DNA from: Ginkgo biloba
Taxonomy: Eukaryota > Plantae > Ginkgophyta
Assembly: GCA_024626585.2 (NCBI GenBank)
Contig: JANKJI020000002.1
Location: 73,446,119-73,471,785 of the forward strand
Length of the DNA stretch: 25,667 bases
Direction: 5' to 3'
The position numbers and the translations under genes are program-made. Below the pieces are notes generated by a model. That model was not told the origin of the DNA. It worked only from the letters and a program-made list of their open reading frames with translations, and searched no databases. Numbering within the stretch: the stretch's first letter is position 1; each line of letters opens with the position of its first letter. Below are positions 11,040-23,081 of this stretch, piece after piece.

Positions 11040-11761
11040 TTCCTGATGGACACGAAAGAGTATTTGGCCTTTGATACAATGCCACCAAGACTGATTAGGA
11101 CAGAGTTGCTCCCTATTAGTTGATCATTGGGCAGTTGTGTCATTTAGGACTAGATCATATTTTACAGTTGTGTGATGTAGCACTAATTGGCTCAAATCCT
11201 ATGACAGATGCATGATGTGTCAGTTGGGGGACACTACGTAACCAATGCTACTTGTTGGATGATTTTAAATGTTGGATTATGGTGCCCTACTTTGTTTCAT
11301 GATGCAATTGAATGGGTACATAAGTATGATGTTTATCAACATGTGGGAAAATCAGCTAAGACATCATATGCCACTAGACTCGAGGGTCAATATTGCTGCA
11401 AGCTCCATTTGAACAATGGCAGTTACGTTTTGTAGAACCAATCAAACCTTCTACTCGGCAAATGCAGGCACACTATATTTTGGTAGTTATACATAACTAA
11501 GCGTTGTGAAGCTCATCCAGTGATTCTCTAGATTAATACAAAATGGCAAAAAATTTTAAATGAGGTAATTATTATGCAGGTTGGTTGCTCATTCCAATGA
11601 ATCAGTTATCAAGGTTTTGGATTTATCAATGAAGTTATTGAGGACTTAACAAAACAATTATGCTTACACATCAAAAATCTATCCCATATTATCCTAGGTG
11701 TAACGGACAAGTTGAAAGTTCCAATAAGAGTTTGGAGAAAAAAAAAAAAAAAATTTGTGAT
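11040..11761 (+). mobile_element. pol: Decayed Ty3/gypsy integrase (zinc-binding region and core), continuing the 9360-10650 pol
   Basis: LIIGQLCHLGLDHIL, HDVSVGGHY..GLWCPTLFHDA..YDVYQ (decayed HHCC), ISYQGFGFINEV (cf. SDQG..F), THQKSIPYYPRCNGQVESSNK. Confidence 0.92.
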
Positions 11762-11861
11762 NNNNNNNNNNNNNNNNNNNNNNNNNNNNNNNNNNNNNNN
11801 NNNNNNNNNNNNNNNNNNNNNNNNNNNNNNNNNNNNNNNNNNNNNNNNNNNNNNNNNNNNN

Positions 11862-12150
11862 AGTTTCATTTTTTGCCTCATATAAATCCTTCAAAGTCTT
11901 CCATGCATTCGCTAAAGATGTCTTCCCTTGAAAATGTGCAATCAAGTTGTCAGCTATAGACAATTCAATGATTGCCAAGGCCTCTTGATCTCGATCCTCT
12001 CGTTCAACCACTTGGTCAGCTGGTCCTGCAAGCTTAACTTCTTTTCCTTCAACAATCTTCATTAGTCTCTTTAAGGCTAAAATATTGAAAATTTTAAATT
12101 TCCAAATTTCATTGTTTTTGCCGTTCAATTTATGTGAATTTGGCAAAATA
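11862..12150 (-). mobile_element. gag: Ty1/copia gag N-terminus (DUF4219 and UBN2/Retrotran_gag_2-like); probable 5' leader extends to ~12535
   Basis: Stop-free KLNGKNNEIWKFKI..LMKIVEGKE..DQEALAIIELSIADNLIAHFQGKTSLANAWKTLKDLYE, ending at a 100-N gap. Confidence 0.9.
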
Positions 12151-12539
12151 TACCCAATAATGTTGATGCTTGAAATTTTAAATTGCTAGAAATATAAAGT
12201 AAACTATGCTAAATAGACCACTAGTGTGAGTTCACAACTAAAACTCAGAGGCCACAAGGTCTTTACACATAAATCTTACCAAAAAAAGAATAAAGCTTAG
12301 AAAGCCAAAAAGGAAGTTTAAACCACGATCACGTGAGGTAAGGCATATGACCAAAGGCTTAAAATATAGGGTAAGCTCCTTTTGCAAGGTTAAGCACCTG
12401 AAAACATGGTTCCATGTGACTACAAGCTAAAGATAAAAAAGGGCAGACTTATAAAGAAAATCAAATCTAGTTTTGATTTATTCAAAACTTCAGGAAAAAA
12501 AAAATATTTTCAATTTTTTTGAAAAAGGCCTAATGGCCT

Positions 12540-12854
12540 ATGCGCAGCTCAGCGATTTTGGCTTCGACGGACTGTGGCTTCTCTGCAATCCCAAGGATTT
12601 GAACAGCAACTGGTGTTCGTCAATCTCCATGGAGCATGTCGCCCAACTCCGTTTCCCACCTCTATTGACATAGAATCTAATAGATAGTGGATGTTGTAGC
12701 TTGTTTCACGGACGAACCCACTACAAACCACGCATTTTACGGCTGCTGGCAATGCAATCAAAGGCACTCCAATGCTCAATCCTTCTATTAATGAATTCCA
12801 TTCACAAAGAGTCATAAAACCTCCTGTGGAGGGATGGGATAATATCTACATCTA
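12540..12854 (-). pseudogene. Family-1 UDP-glycosyltransferase C-terminal fragment (PSPG box)
   Basis: [34 protein letters not shown] (cf. PQxxILxHxSxGGFxTHCGWNSxxEGxxxGVPxIxxP), then frameshifted QP*NAWFVV (cf. DQxxNAR) and [22 protein letters not shown] (C-terminal helix). Confidence 0.9.
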
Positions 12855-13099
12855 ATTCACCTAGTTGCTGTTGAAAAGTTAAGTCGGACAAGTGTTCTCC
12901 TTGGCATGGTGTTTAGCCTAGGANNNNNNNNNNNNNNNNNNNNNNNNNNNNNNNNNNNNNNNNNNNNNNNNNNNNNNNNNNNNNNNNNNNNNNNNNNNNN
13001 NNNNNNNNNNNNNNNNNNNNNNNAAGACATCTTTATTTTTTCTAACCCCAATTGACTATGAAGAATCCTTAGACTTCTAAACAAATATAAAATCATTAA

Positions 13100-13500
13100 A
13101 ACTATAATAAGTTCACTAAAACTCTAAGAAAATATATTTTAGGCTTCATAGGAAAAGGAACAAGTTCCATACCAAAATAAAATCCATAAAAAGGAAGCAA
13201 AATGAAAAAAACTCACATATGCAAACTTCTCAGCTTTGACAAAAATACCCATTGAATACTCATACCATAAGAAGCTCTATTGATATAACATAATGAATAA
13301 TGTAGTTGGATGAATATGTAACCAAAAATAGTAAACTATAAAACTATAGGAAAATATCTTAAAGCCTTTAATGGAAGACAACATATAATCTTGATGTTAA
13401 ACAAAATATCACAAAAAGGAAGCACAACAGAAGTTACATACACAAGCTTCTCAACTTTTAATGGAGTGGCCATTAATACTTAGATTACATAATGTGCTCC
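13100..13500. repeat. Diverged tandem duplication, period about 222 bp (about 2 units)
   Basis: Paired blocks: AAAACTCTAAGAAAATAT (~13118) and AAAACTATAGGAAAATAT (~13340); AAAAAGGAAGCA..CAAACTTCTCAGCTTT..CCATTGAATACT and AAAAAGGAAGCA..CAAGCTTCTCAACTTT..CCATTAATACT. Confidence 0.6.
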
Positions 13501-14748
13501 CTAAGAAGATATGAAGAGATTGTAGCATGAAGCTACAAGTTGGACCGGTTACCTACTATAATGCAACTAGAGATGTGCTCCACTCTTTAGACTCAAGCAC
13601 CAAAGAAGGTGAAATTTCACTCATTATCTTACTTCTTCGATGAAAATCTTACAACTTCACGTAACTTCTTTATCTCTATGTAAATCTGATAAAGTTAGAA
13701 AAGTTAAAGAATCTACAACTTATGTATTACACTACAATGATTGTGGTAACCTACGAGGATCATCCCTATTAGAGAAAACTAACTACAATAATAAAAAACT
13801 AGATATTACATTTGAGTAGCAATTAAAGTGCAAATTTAGATGTATTAAGTGACTAAAATTGAATCTAATATTTGTGCATGCATAGTGCTAGAATATATAT
13901 AGAAGAGTATTAGTTACGTTAATTAGCCACTGTTATTTTATTAAAAATCCACTGACACATACAATTTTTAAATGAGGCACCTACCTTTTTTCAATGAAAG
14001 TTAGTGTTACATTTTTCAACAAGAATATTTTTAATAAAATCTGATTAAGAAGAAGAAAAATGTAGGAATATTCCAAAAGGAAAAATTAAAAAAAAAAAAA
14101 AAGAGAACACATTTTTTGGAAAATTAAATAATTCATATTTTTACATGAAAAAAACTTAGGAGAATACCATGTTTAAGAAAAATAAATACATGTGATTAGC
14201 TACTAAAACTCAAACTAATCGATAATCGATTGATATAGTCCTACTTGACCGCAAGGACTAACAATGGGATGTAGAGAACATAGACAATATTATGTTATAT
14301 TTCATGTAAGAGTGCATAAAATGTCATCATCCATCTTGTTACATATTATTAAGAAATAATTACAAGGTTCTTCACCATTATTAGGAAATTATATTTTTTT
14401 AAACATGAATTTTAAAGATCAAATGTTTAAAATTATTTTTTGTTAATTATTGCCTATGGCATTAGACTATTGTAATTGAAATACTTGTACTACCCTTAAT
14501 TACCTTTCTATATGGTTTTATTTTTCTATCTCTAAAGTTTTATAATTTTGGTAAGTTTACTAAAATTATTTACTTAATTAAAAAATATTAATTATTTTAC
14601 ACATGATTTGATCAAAATAAAAGAGGTGATAATTTTATACTTTTTACTNNNNNNNNNNNNNNNNNNNNNNNNNNNNNNNNNNNNNNNNNNNNNNNNNNNN
14701 NNNNNNNNNNNNNNNNNNNNNNNNNNNNNNNNNNNNNNNNNNNNNNNN

Positions 14749-14962
14749 TAACTATAATCCATGAAGGTGTAATACCATTATAAATATATTTTGTAGAATT
14801 TTGTGTATTTATAGTGTGCCATATAAAATCTATGTAATAGAATGTAATTACAATTGAGAAAAATTGTTGAATATCTTATGAATTATTTTATCTTATATGT
14901 TTCTTAATTTTAATATAATATCATATCTACAAACTATCATAAATTTAACATGGTATCATAGT
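14749..14962 (+). mobile_element. 3' part of an LTR ending in ...AACA, followed by a tRNA-iMet primer binding site
   Basis: AATTTAACA|TGGTATCATAGT at 14951-14962 is a 10/12 match to the canonical TGGTATCAGAGC. The downstream sequence (to ~16100) is non-coding and resembles retroelement internal sequence. Confidence 0.7.
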
Positions 14963-16149
14963 CGAAGGTTGTGCTTATTATACATTGAGAGGAGTCATGT
15001 TCCTTGTAGGACTATGAGTAGGATAATGACTATGAAGAGGATGTGAAGGCACAGTAATTCTACATGTGAGGACAAGGATGCCTAAACTAAAAAAATATGT
15101 TCTCATGGAAGATCTGTGTAGAGAAACTCATGGAAAATATTATGACATTGTGAGTCATTTTTGAGCTAAACGTTGTGAACAATGATAAAGGATGCAGGTA
15201 TGAAGGAAATCTAAGAAAGTAGATAGACCTTGACAGTTGAAGACATGAAGCAGTTATGAACTCAGAGGAGAATCAAAACTACCCAGCCAAACAAAGACTC
15301 CTTTTTATGGTTTCAGATTCTTTAAATTCTTGGAGTACGATTGTGGTGTTTACACAGTCCTTCGATTGACTATTTTGGCATCCATCATTTTTTTGGCATT
15401 TTCAGTTTAGTATGCAACAGTCCGTCAAACAATAATTGCATACGATAGTTTAGAGTGATCCCCTCCTACAACAGTCATTCAACGTCTATCATACATATCT
15501 GAGAGTGGAAATTCGATGAAAATTCATGCATGGGGGTAGAAAGTCATTGGCAAAGGATAGATAGTACCAAGAGGAAGCTCGATGGGTGCAAAAGAGAAAT
15601 TGAGAATATGTACCAAATGTGATACAAATAAAAGAGATAGAGTAAAACAGAGGAAGTTTCAAATGCATTGACTATGAGGCATCCACTAGATAGGAAAGAA
15701 GGAGTCTAGATAGATCGTCGCCTATGAGGTAGCTTGAGGAGATAATTTGGTGCATAAGGAAAATTGTGCAAATGTATGGTTCCAATAGTGGATCTAAATG
15801 TTCTAATGTGTAATACCTCATTGAAGGAGATGACTATACAATCTCTTCTAAGAGGCACACATGTAGATAGAACTTCATGTATGCCATAGGACATTTATCA
15901 TATAAGATTTAGATTTTTTGTGAAGTCCTCCTGTGTACCTAATGAAAATAATGCGTTTATGTATTTCCTTATTTTATGAATGTAAATATTTGTTGTGTAA
16001 TAAGATTAGGCCTACATTTCATTTTAGTTTTATTTGTGTGAGATTGTTTAGTAACACTCTAGAAGGGTCAAACTACCATGATGGGGACAAGGATACTGTC
16101 CCATAGGACCTTAGGGAGAAGCTAGAAATTGGTGATTTGTGTATCTGAT

Positions 16150-16935
16150 TACATCAAATATTCAAAATCCACATGGTATTAACAATAATATATGTTATAA
16201 TTTTGTGATGGTTATATAAACTATGGATTGTACTTTTGAAAAATACATTTGTCAATAACATCCAATGGATTCTCCTTCATATACAACCAAGAAGAGATAA
16301 TATATATGATAAATTAATGATTATTTTAGTATCACTAAAAAACTAAACAAGCTAATTTATGAGAAATAACATCAATTATATTAAGAGAGTACTAACTATA
16401 ATATACATAAAAATATAATATATGCAATTGAACCCCCTCTAATACAACATCTTATCCAAGTTCTCTCCTAAAATAAATTAATATCTATTACTAGATGATT
16501 ATAATGATAATTTGTAATTATTTTATGTATCAAGAGTTGATGCAGAAATAACCTTTACTCTATTAGTGATGGTAAATAGATAATATTAGGAGGTGTATGG
16601 ATCTACTATAGAATTAAATAATGCAACTCTATTGTATAATATATCTATAGATATGCCATCCCTTTTAATGAATTAAAATATGTCTCACATTTTCCAATAG
16701 TATCTCTTATGATCTCCTCTCCTAAGATGACTCATCCCATAAAAATAGAACTCATCCCCTCTTAATATTTATGATTAATCAAAGTACGTAGAAGATGATC
16801 CTGACTATTAATTGACTTTTGACTAAAATTTATCTCTATCATGCATTTTCCTATCCTTTATATCTTATGTGTGGTTTTAGATTATTTTATCACTAAAGCC
16901 ATCAACAATAATATTACCCTCAAATGCATATGATT
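16150..16935 (+). repeat. Copy A of a ~790-bp direct repeat (probably retroelement-derived)
   Basis: Colinear with 21190-21974, roughly 80-90% identical by eye. Shared blocks include ATTCAAAATCCACATGGTATT, TTCTCCTTCATATACAACCAA and TGAATTAAAATATGTCTCACATTTT. Confidence 0.92.
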
Positions 16936-17135
16936 TTATACCATTTTAGTGTTAGTAATGTATGAAATACACTTTAATTTGAGATAAATAAATACTAAAA
17001 TGTTAATTCAATGTTAATAATATATTTTTATTTAATTATCTACTTATAAGCATTTTAGTTAAAAACTAAAAAGTATAAATTTAGAACTAATATAATTAGT
17101 TTACTTAGTAATTAAATTAATCTACATGTATAAAA

Positions 17136-18240
17136 AGGTTTTAGGCCCTTTTTTGGAAATGGTGATCTGACTCTATTAGGGTTTTACCGTGCAGAGGTAA
17201 TGGTGCAATAGTGGCGGGTTCCTTCTAGCCATCCCTTAGCCCTCTTGTCTCTCCTCTGTGTAGTCTCTTTTCTTCTCCTATGCGATAGCAATTTTCTATG
17301 GTACGGGTAGTCCTTTCTCTAGTTGAGTAGAAGGCTTGGATGCGGCTCTCTTTGGGCCTCCTCATCCTCTAGTTATTTCTAGGGATGTTCCTCTTATTGG
17401 TGAAGACCCATTCTTCAGCATTTCATCTGAGCCTAGGAGGTATTTTTATGACCCTATTTGGCTTTCTATTATGGGTGGTTGATTTAAGGTTGGTTTACAT
17501 ACGGTGGTTTCTTTACTCATCTTATGTTGTTCTCCTTCATCTCTATTAGTGTTTATGGAGATTATATTTGACTCCTCTCAATGTCAAAACTTTACTTGTT
17601 CATTTTAAACAGTGGTTGTTGTGGTGAGCATTGTCCGTTGGGGGTGACCTAATTTTGGGTGCATCCACAACTTCATTTTCGCTTGGTTAAAGGCCTCCTT
17701 GTCTTACTTTAGGGCCCTATGCACTTCTTACATGGGGTTTTCTAAATCTAACCATGGATCTATGTTTCCTCCTAATGATGAGGGGCTATAGAGAGCCCAT
17801 CTCTTCCTCTCTCATTACCAATCAACATAGCGATAATCGTGGCTCCCTTGGTTTGTGGTTTTTTCTTTGGGGTCTATTTCTTCCCCTGTGTGCTTCAAAC
17901 TAGGTAGTTGTTGATGATTTTAGGCATTTACCTAGCATTATGGTGGTAAGAGCATTGACTACTCATTTTGTGAGGTTGTAGGTTTTGGTTTGGTTTTGTT
18001 CTTTGGTACTTGCACTTGAAATCTTAATTTTTTTATGTAAATGGGATAAATAGTGTTAGGATGAGTGAAAGGTTGTACTTCTACTTTTTAACATCCTCTA
18101 TAATTTCTTGAAGGATTTTTAGGTGGGTTTATTAGTTTTAAATCTCTATTGCCTGGTCTGCAAGTTCATTGTAAATCTGTTGTAGCATTTTGTAAAGGTT
18201 TGGGGACCTCAAAATCCATTCTATCCTAATAAAAAAAAAA
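17136..18240 (+). mobile_element. 1.1-kb non-LTR retroposon (non-autonomous, or 5'-truncated LINE-derived) with poly(A) tail and TSD
   Basis: Flanked by AAATTAATCTACATGTATAAAA (17114-17135) and AAATTAATATACATGTATGAAA (18241-18262), 20/22 identical. It ends in an imperfect hairpin GGTTTGGGGACCTCAAAATCC followed by CCTAAT and an A-tract. It is T-rich and GC-richer than its flanks. Confidence 0.82.
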
Positions 18241-20039
18241 AAATTAATATACATGTATGAAATTCAATTTAAAGTATATCTAATGTCTATAAATTCAATC
18301 TTGGTTGATTTCATTTTCATTTATGATTCTTTTTTATAGATGGGATTATCTCCATAATTTTCTGTCAAGAAGAATACTTATTTATTTATAAAATTAATCC
18401 ACTAACCTTTAACTACATGCCTAGTTTCTTATCCTTCATCAAATATTTTATCAATTCAATTAACTTAAAATAAAAATCAAATATATTTTATAATTCACCA
18501 AAATCCATAGTCATTTGAATATGGTTCAATTTTTATCTTATTCAACTTCTAGTATATTAGTCCCCTTAGTGCCTTATGCCACTATGTTCTCTTCCATTTC
18601 TCTTTTGGTAGAGAAATTAATTATGCACAAATTAGAAGTAACTCTTACTATACTATTTGTCAAGGAACTATAGCGTTGATGTATTTACCTAAGACTTGAA
18701 TTGACACAAGATACCTTGTTGAAATTTTTTAATAGGAAGAGACTATAATAATCATGGAATCAGTGTTATACATTTTTCTCATTTCTCTCAAATAGATATA
18801 TTCATGTGAGTGAATTTATTTTCTTAATCTAGTAATACATTTTCAATTTAAAGAATGCAAGAATAACAAATATATTAGTAATTGAGTTTATATGATTATC
18901 ATAAGGGCGTATGCTCATGCCATAATTATATTTTCTCCCAAAATTTTTCCAAACAAATGAAGAGATTAGAGAGAGAAAACTAAATAAGGAAAGCAGAAAG
19001 GAAGGAGATAAGCCTATTTTTAAATAAATAATTTATCATGTGGTGAAGACATATAGAATGATAGTATTAGTGATATATCATATTTCTCATCATAGTATAA
19101 ATTTTAAAATAAATCAGTTATACTAATATTAAAAATTCTTAACTTAATCAATTCTATCTATTGAAAGATGTGATGCCACTTGTCTACATGAGGAAACAAT
19201 GCTAGAACCTAAGAATGTAATTTATGGTATTTTGTAATAAAGATATCTATACAAAAGTATAATTTTATAACATTGGTATCTTTTGCAATAAATTATGACA
19301 TTAATTAATTAATAATATCGGTCATATGATGCACTATTATTGTTCAAGTCTCTTATAGAATTAAGTACTTATGGTTAACAAGACTAGTCACAAGCTTGAA
19401 ATCCATGGAAATATAAGATAGAATAAATGAGGGGAAAAAAATGAGATATACCATTTCATTTACCTATCATATTTATTGATTTTCTAGGCTCCACTCTCAA
19501 CCTTCATTGACTACTATTTTCAAATTTCCCAACAACTTAATCCTTCCATAGAGTTCACTCTCTCTTTCATTCCCAAAATTTCATACATTTATGATTGGAT
19601 GCCATCACTCCTAGCCTAATAAGGCGCAACAAAAAGTCCCAACCTTATAATTTTTGTATGCTATCCATTCATGGAAAGATTTTATTTTCCAATAGACAAA
19701 TTTAAAATAAATCCCACTTAACTAAGGAAACATTCAAGCCATTTATTGACCTTACTATTCTTGATTTAGGTCTGTGGGGGAGGGGGAGGGGGGGATTTTA
19801 ATGTCATAGAAATAATTCCAAGGTGGACATAAAAAACATCCAAGTTACTATTAACAACTTGTAGAGATAATAGCTTGTATTTTTCACACACATGAACCCA
19901 ACAAGACTGCCCCCCAAAGAACATGGCTTGGTGTCGTCCTTCTTATGCAAGGGCATGCTACTAATTAAGTCATACTTGTGGACAATACATAAAAAAGTGT
20001 GTGATAGTAATTAAGTCATGCTTATTATTACAAAAATAT

Positions 20040-20759
20040 TTTATTTGTGAGGTTGACATAGTTTGGTTGAACCATGCATGGAATCTTCCCATCTTATTAT
20101 TGGGTTAAGTTTGGAAAAGGCTCCTCTTATATAAGATCCTTTTATCCTATGTTATCACACTTTTGGTTCTTAGAACTATTGGAGTTATTTGGTTCCATAG
20201 TCTATGCAATTATAATCTCTAGCTACCAAGTATTGAGACTTATGTGTAACGTATTGTGGATTTAATAGAGAGATTTATTTATTATCCAATTATTCTTGTG
20301 AGGATCTAAGCTTGAAAATTTTCTTGGAATCTTGTAATAAGAGGTTGGATTGATCTTATTATGCAATCATATTAGTGCATATTATATCCGCTTTGATATT
20401 TTATAGGTATTGGCATATTCAACAAGTGTGTACAAATTGATATCTCATGCCACATGAAAGGATGCAAAGTTTATAAGATCTTTATTTGATTTTTTGAATT
20501 TTCACAGACCATATTGTGTAAGCAAGTACTTCACCATGTTTTACTTCCACACAAGCACAATATCATATTTTTGTGCACTACAGGAATAGGCACTAATATT
20601 ATATTGACTATAATCATGCATATAAACATAGTATTAAATGGATTATCCATATAAAAAGTGAAAGGTTTGTACAGAGAGGACATAAATATTTAATTCCATA
20701 ATAACATAAGAGTCTAGGCAATTATAGCATTGATTATCCACTTGGTTTAATTCCAATCA
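20040..20759. mobile_element. LTR-like non-coding segment
   Basis: TATA-like TTATATAAG (~20127), no coding motifs, and an end in ...CCAATCA. Boundaries are unconfirmed and no partner LTR was found. Confidence 0.3.
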
Positions 20760-20815
20760 CTTATGTAATGTATTTGAGGGCCATTCCTTCATCCTCCTAC
20801 CAAGTGAGTACATCA

Positions 20816-20852
20816 ATATATATATATAGATAGATACATAGATAGATAGATA
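20816..20852 (+). repeat. Imperfect microsatellite (TA)n(TAGA)n
   Basis: ATATATATATATAGATAGATACATAGATAGATAGATA read directly. Confidence 0.9.
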
Positions 20853-21189
20853 TCTTCTCTTGGAAGGAAGAGATAAAGATATTATGANNNNNNNNNNNNN
20901 NNNNNNNNNNNNNNNNNNNNNNNNNNNNNNNNNNNNNNNNNNNNNNNNNNNNNNNNNNNNNNNNNNNNNNNNNNNNNNNNNNNNNNNNNNNNNNNNNNNN
21001 NNNNNNNGTTTTATATATTCCAAAAGGTTGAGTTAACACCATAAGAATCACATGAATCCACAATATAAGGGTAGCTATATTCTCATCCTCTCTATCCCAA
21101 ACTATACTATACTCAAATTCCCAAGACTCAAAGGATTAGTTTGAGAATAAAATATATTACAGGCCCAAAAAAGTTTTGATAAAGTAAAA

Positions 21190-21974
21190 TACATCATATA
21201 ATATTCAAAATCCACATGGTATTAAAAATAATATATATTACAATTTTATGATGGTCATATAAACTATGGCTTGTACTTTTGAAAAATGCATTGGTCAATA
21301 ACATCCAATGTATTCTCCTTCATATACAACCAATATGAGATAATATATATGATAAAATAATGATTATTTTAGTATCATTAAGAACCTCAATGACCCAATT
21401 TATGATAAATAACATCAATTATATTAAGAGAGTCCTAACTATAAGAGATGTAAAAGTAGAATATATGCAATTGAGCCTCCTGTAATACAACATATTATAT
21501 AGGATCTCTCATAAAATAGACTAATATATATTACTAGATGACTATAATGATAACTTATAATATTTTTCTGTATCAAGAGTTGAAGAAGAAATAACCATTA
21601 ATCTATTAGTGATGGATAATAAACAAGATTAGGAGGTGGATGGATCGACTATATAAATAAATAATGAAACTCTATCATATATTATATCTCTAGAGATACC
21701 ATCCATTTTAATGAATTAAAATATGTCTCACATTTTCAAATAGTATCTCTTATGCTCTCTTTTCCTAGGATTACTCAACCCCTCTTAATATTTATGATTA
21801 ATCAAAGTACATAGAAGATGATCCTAACTAATAATTGACTTTTGAATTTTGACTTTTGATTATGTATTTTTCTATCCATTATATCTATGCTCCCCATTAT
21901 ATCTTATGTATGGTTTTATATTATTTTATCACTCAAGCCATCAATAATAATATTACCATCAAATGCACATGATT
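21190..21974 (+). repeat. Copy B of the ~790-bp direct repeat (runs into a gap)
   Basis: Colinear with 16150-16935, offset about 5.03 kb. Confidence 0.92.
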
Positions 21975-22764
21975 NNNNNNNNNNNNNNNNNNNNNNNNNN
22001 NNNNNNNNNNNNNNNNNNNNNNNNNNNNNNNNNNNNNNNNNNNNNNNNNNNNNNNNNNNNNNNNNNNNNNNNNNTTGGCAAAGGAACATAAGCACTAACT
22101 GTGAAGGGCGAAGAAACTTGGAAGATACAAAGGATGAATCATCTAATGTTGAAAATTGTTCATACCAACAGATTCAACTATATGCTCGGATGAATCAAAT
22201 CTCAGGTTCGAAGACGCAGTGACATGTAGGCAAAAATCAGAGACGCAACGAAAAATTCAATTTAGTTATTTTTTTAAAAAGGTTTGGAAAAATTTAATTG
22301 AATTTCAATGTTGGGTTAAGTCCGCCCTTAAGTGATTGTAAGGGCCACATGATAATTTTTTAAGTGTCTCTATGAACTAGAAGGAAAAATTACTTTCTAT
22401 TCAGTTACATTTTGAAGTTAGTAGTAGAACACATGGTTAGGTGATTGGGTTTTCTAGATAGGGGTTCAAAAGGTCAAATGTCAAAAAGTAACTTTTGCTA
22501 AAGACTTTGTTTGAATAGTTAAATATAGGTCATATGGAGAACCAAGTGTTTAAAACTAAAAGGAGCTAAAAGAAGTTGATTTCTGAAGTTTAAAGAGAAT
22601 CGAATAAAAGTATCAAATGGAGTCAATTTTAGATAAAATTTTATATACAATTTTATTTTTCAACAAAGAATTAGCGGTAACTATCAAAATTTAAAAAAGG
22701 GTCTATTAGATACTTCATTTTTTATCATTTCAGAAGTAATTTATTAAAATAGAGATAAGAAGAG

Positions 22765-23081
22765 ATGCATTTTTGGCACAATGTGATATATTGGATGGGA
22801 AGAATTATTCCAAGTGGAAACCAAAGATACAAAGAAAATTTTATTCATTATAATTTGTAGAATATAGTAAACAAAAAAGAATTTATACCACTTGACACAA
22901 ATAAACAAAAATAATATGATCAAAGAGATAGTACGACATGTGTAATCTATAGTTTGAATATCACATATAAAATCATACCTTCTATAGGCATAATTAAGAC
23001 ATCTAAGAAAATGTGGGATGTTTTGAAAGTTTTATATGATAAAGAAAAATTCATGGTTGATGATGAGATTGAGGAATTGAA
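22765..23081 (+). mobile_element. gag: Decayed Ty1/copia gag N-terminus; probable leader from 22075
   Basis: ATG at 22765: MHFLAQCDILDGKNYSKWKPKIQ.., NIVNKKE.., YDQRD..SLNITYKIIPSIGIIKTSKKMWDVLKVLYD. Confidence 0.85.

Noticed and set aside
16740-16960. Minus-strand TRIM (PBS-like 16943-16932, PPT-like ~16765-16755)
   Set aside because: No matching pair of terminal repeats was found on either side.
17195-17230. Possible Pol III A/B boxes (TGGTGCAATAGTGG, GGGTTCC) implying a tRNA-derived SINE
   Set aside because: The boxes are only a few bp apart, the B box is a poor match and there is no cloverleaf.
19261-19285. AACA-T-TGGTATC as an LTR end plus PBS
   Set aside because: Only 7 bp of the PBS match and there is no supporting downstream structure.
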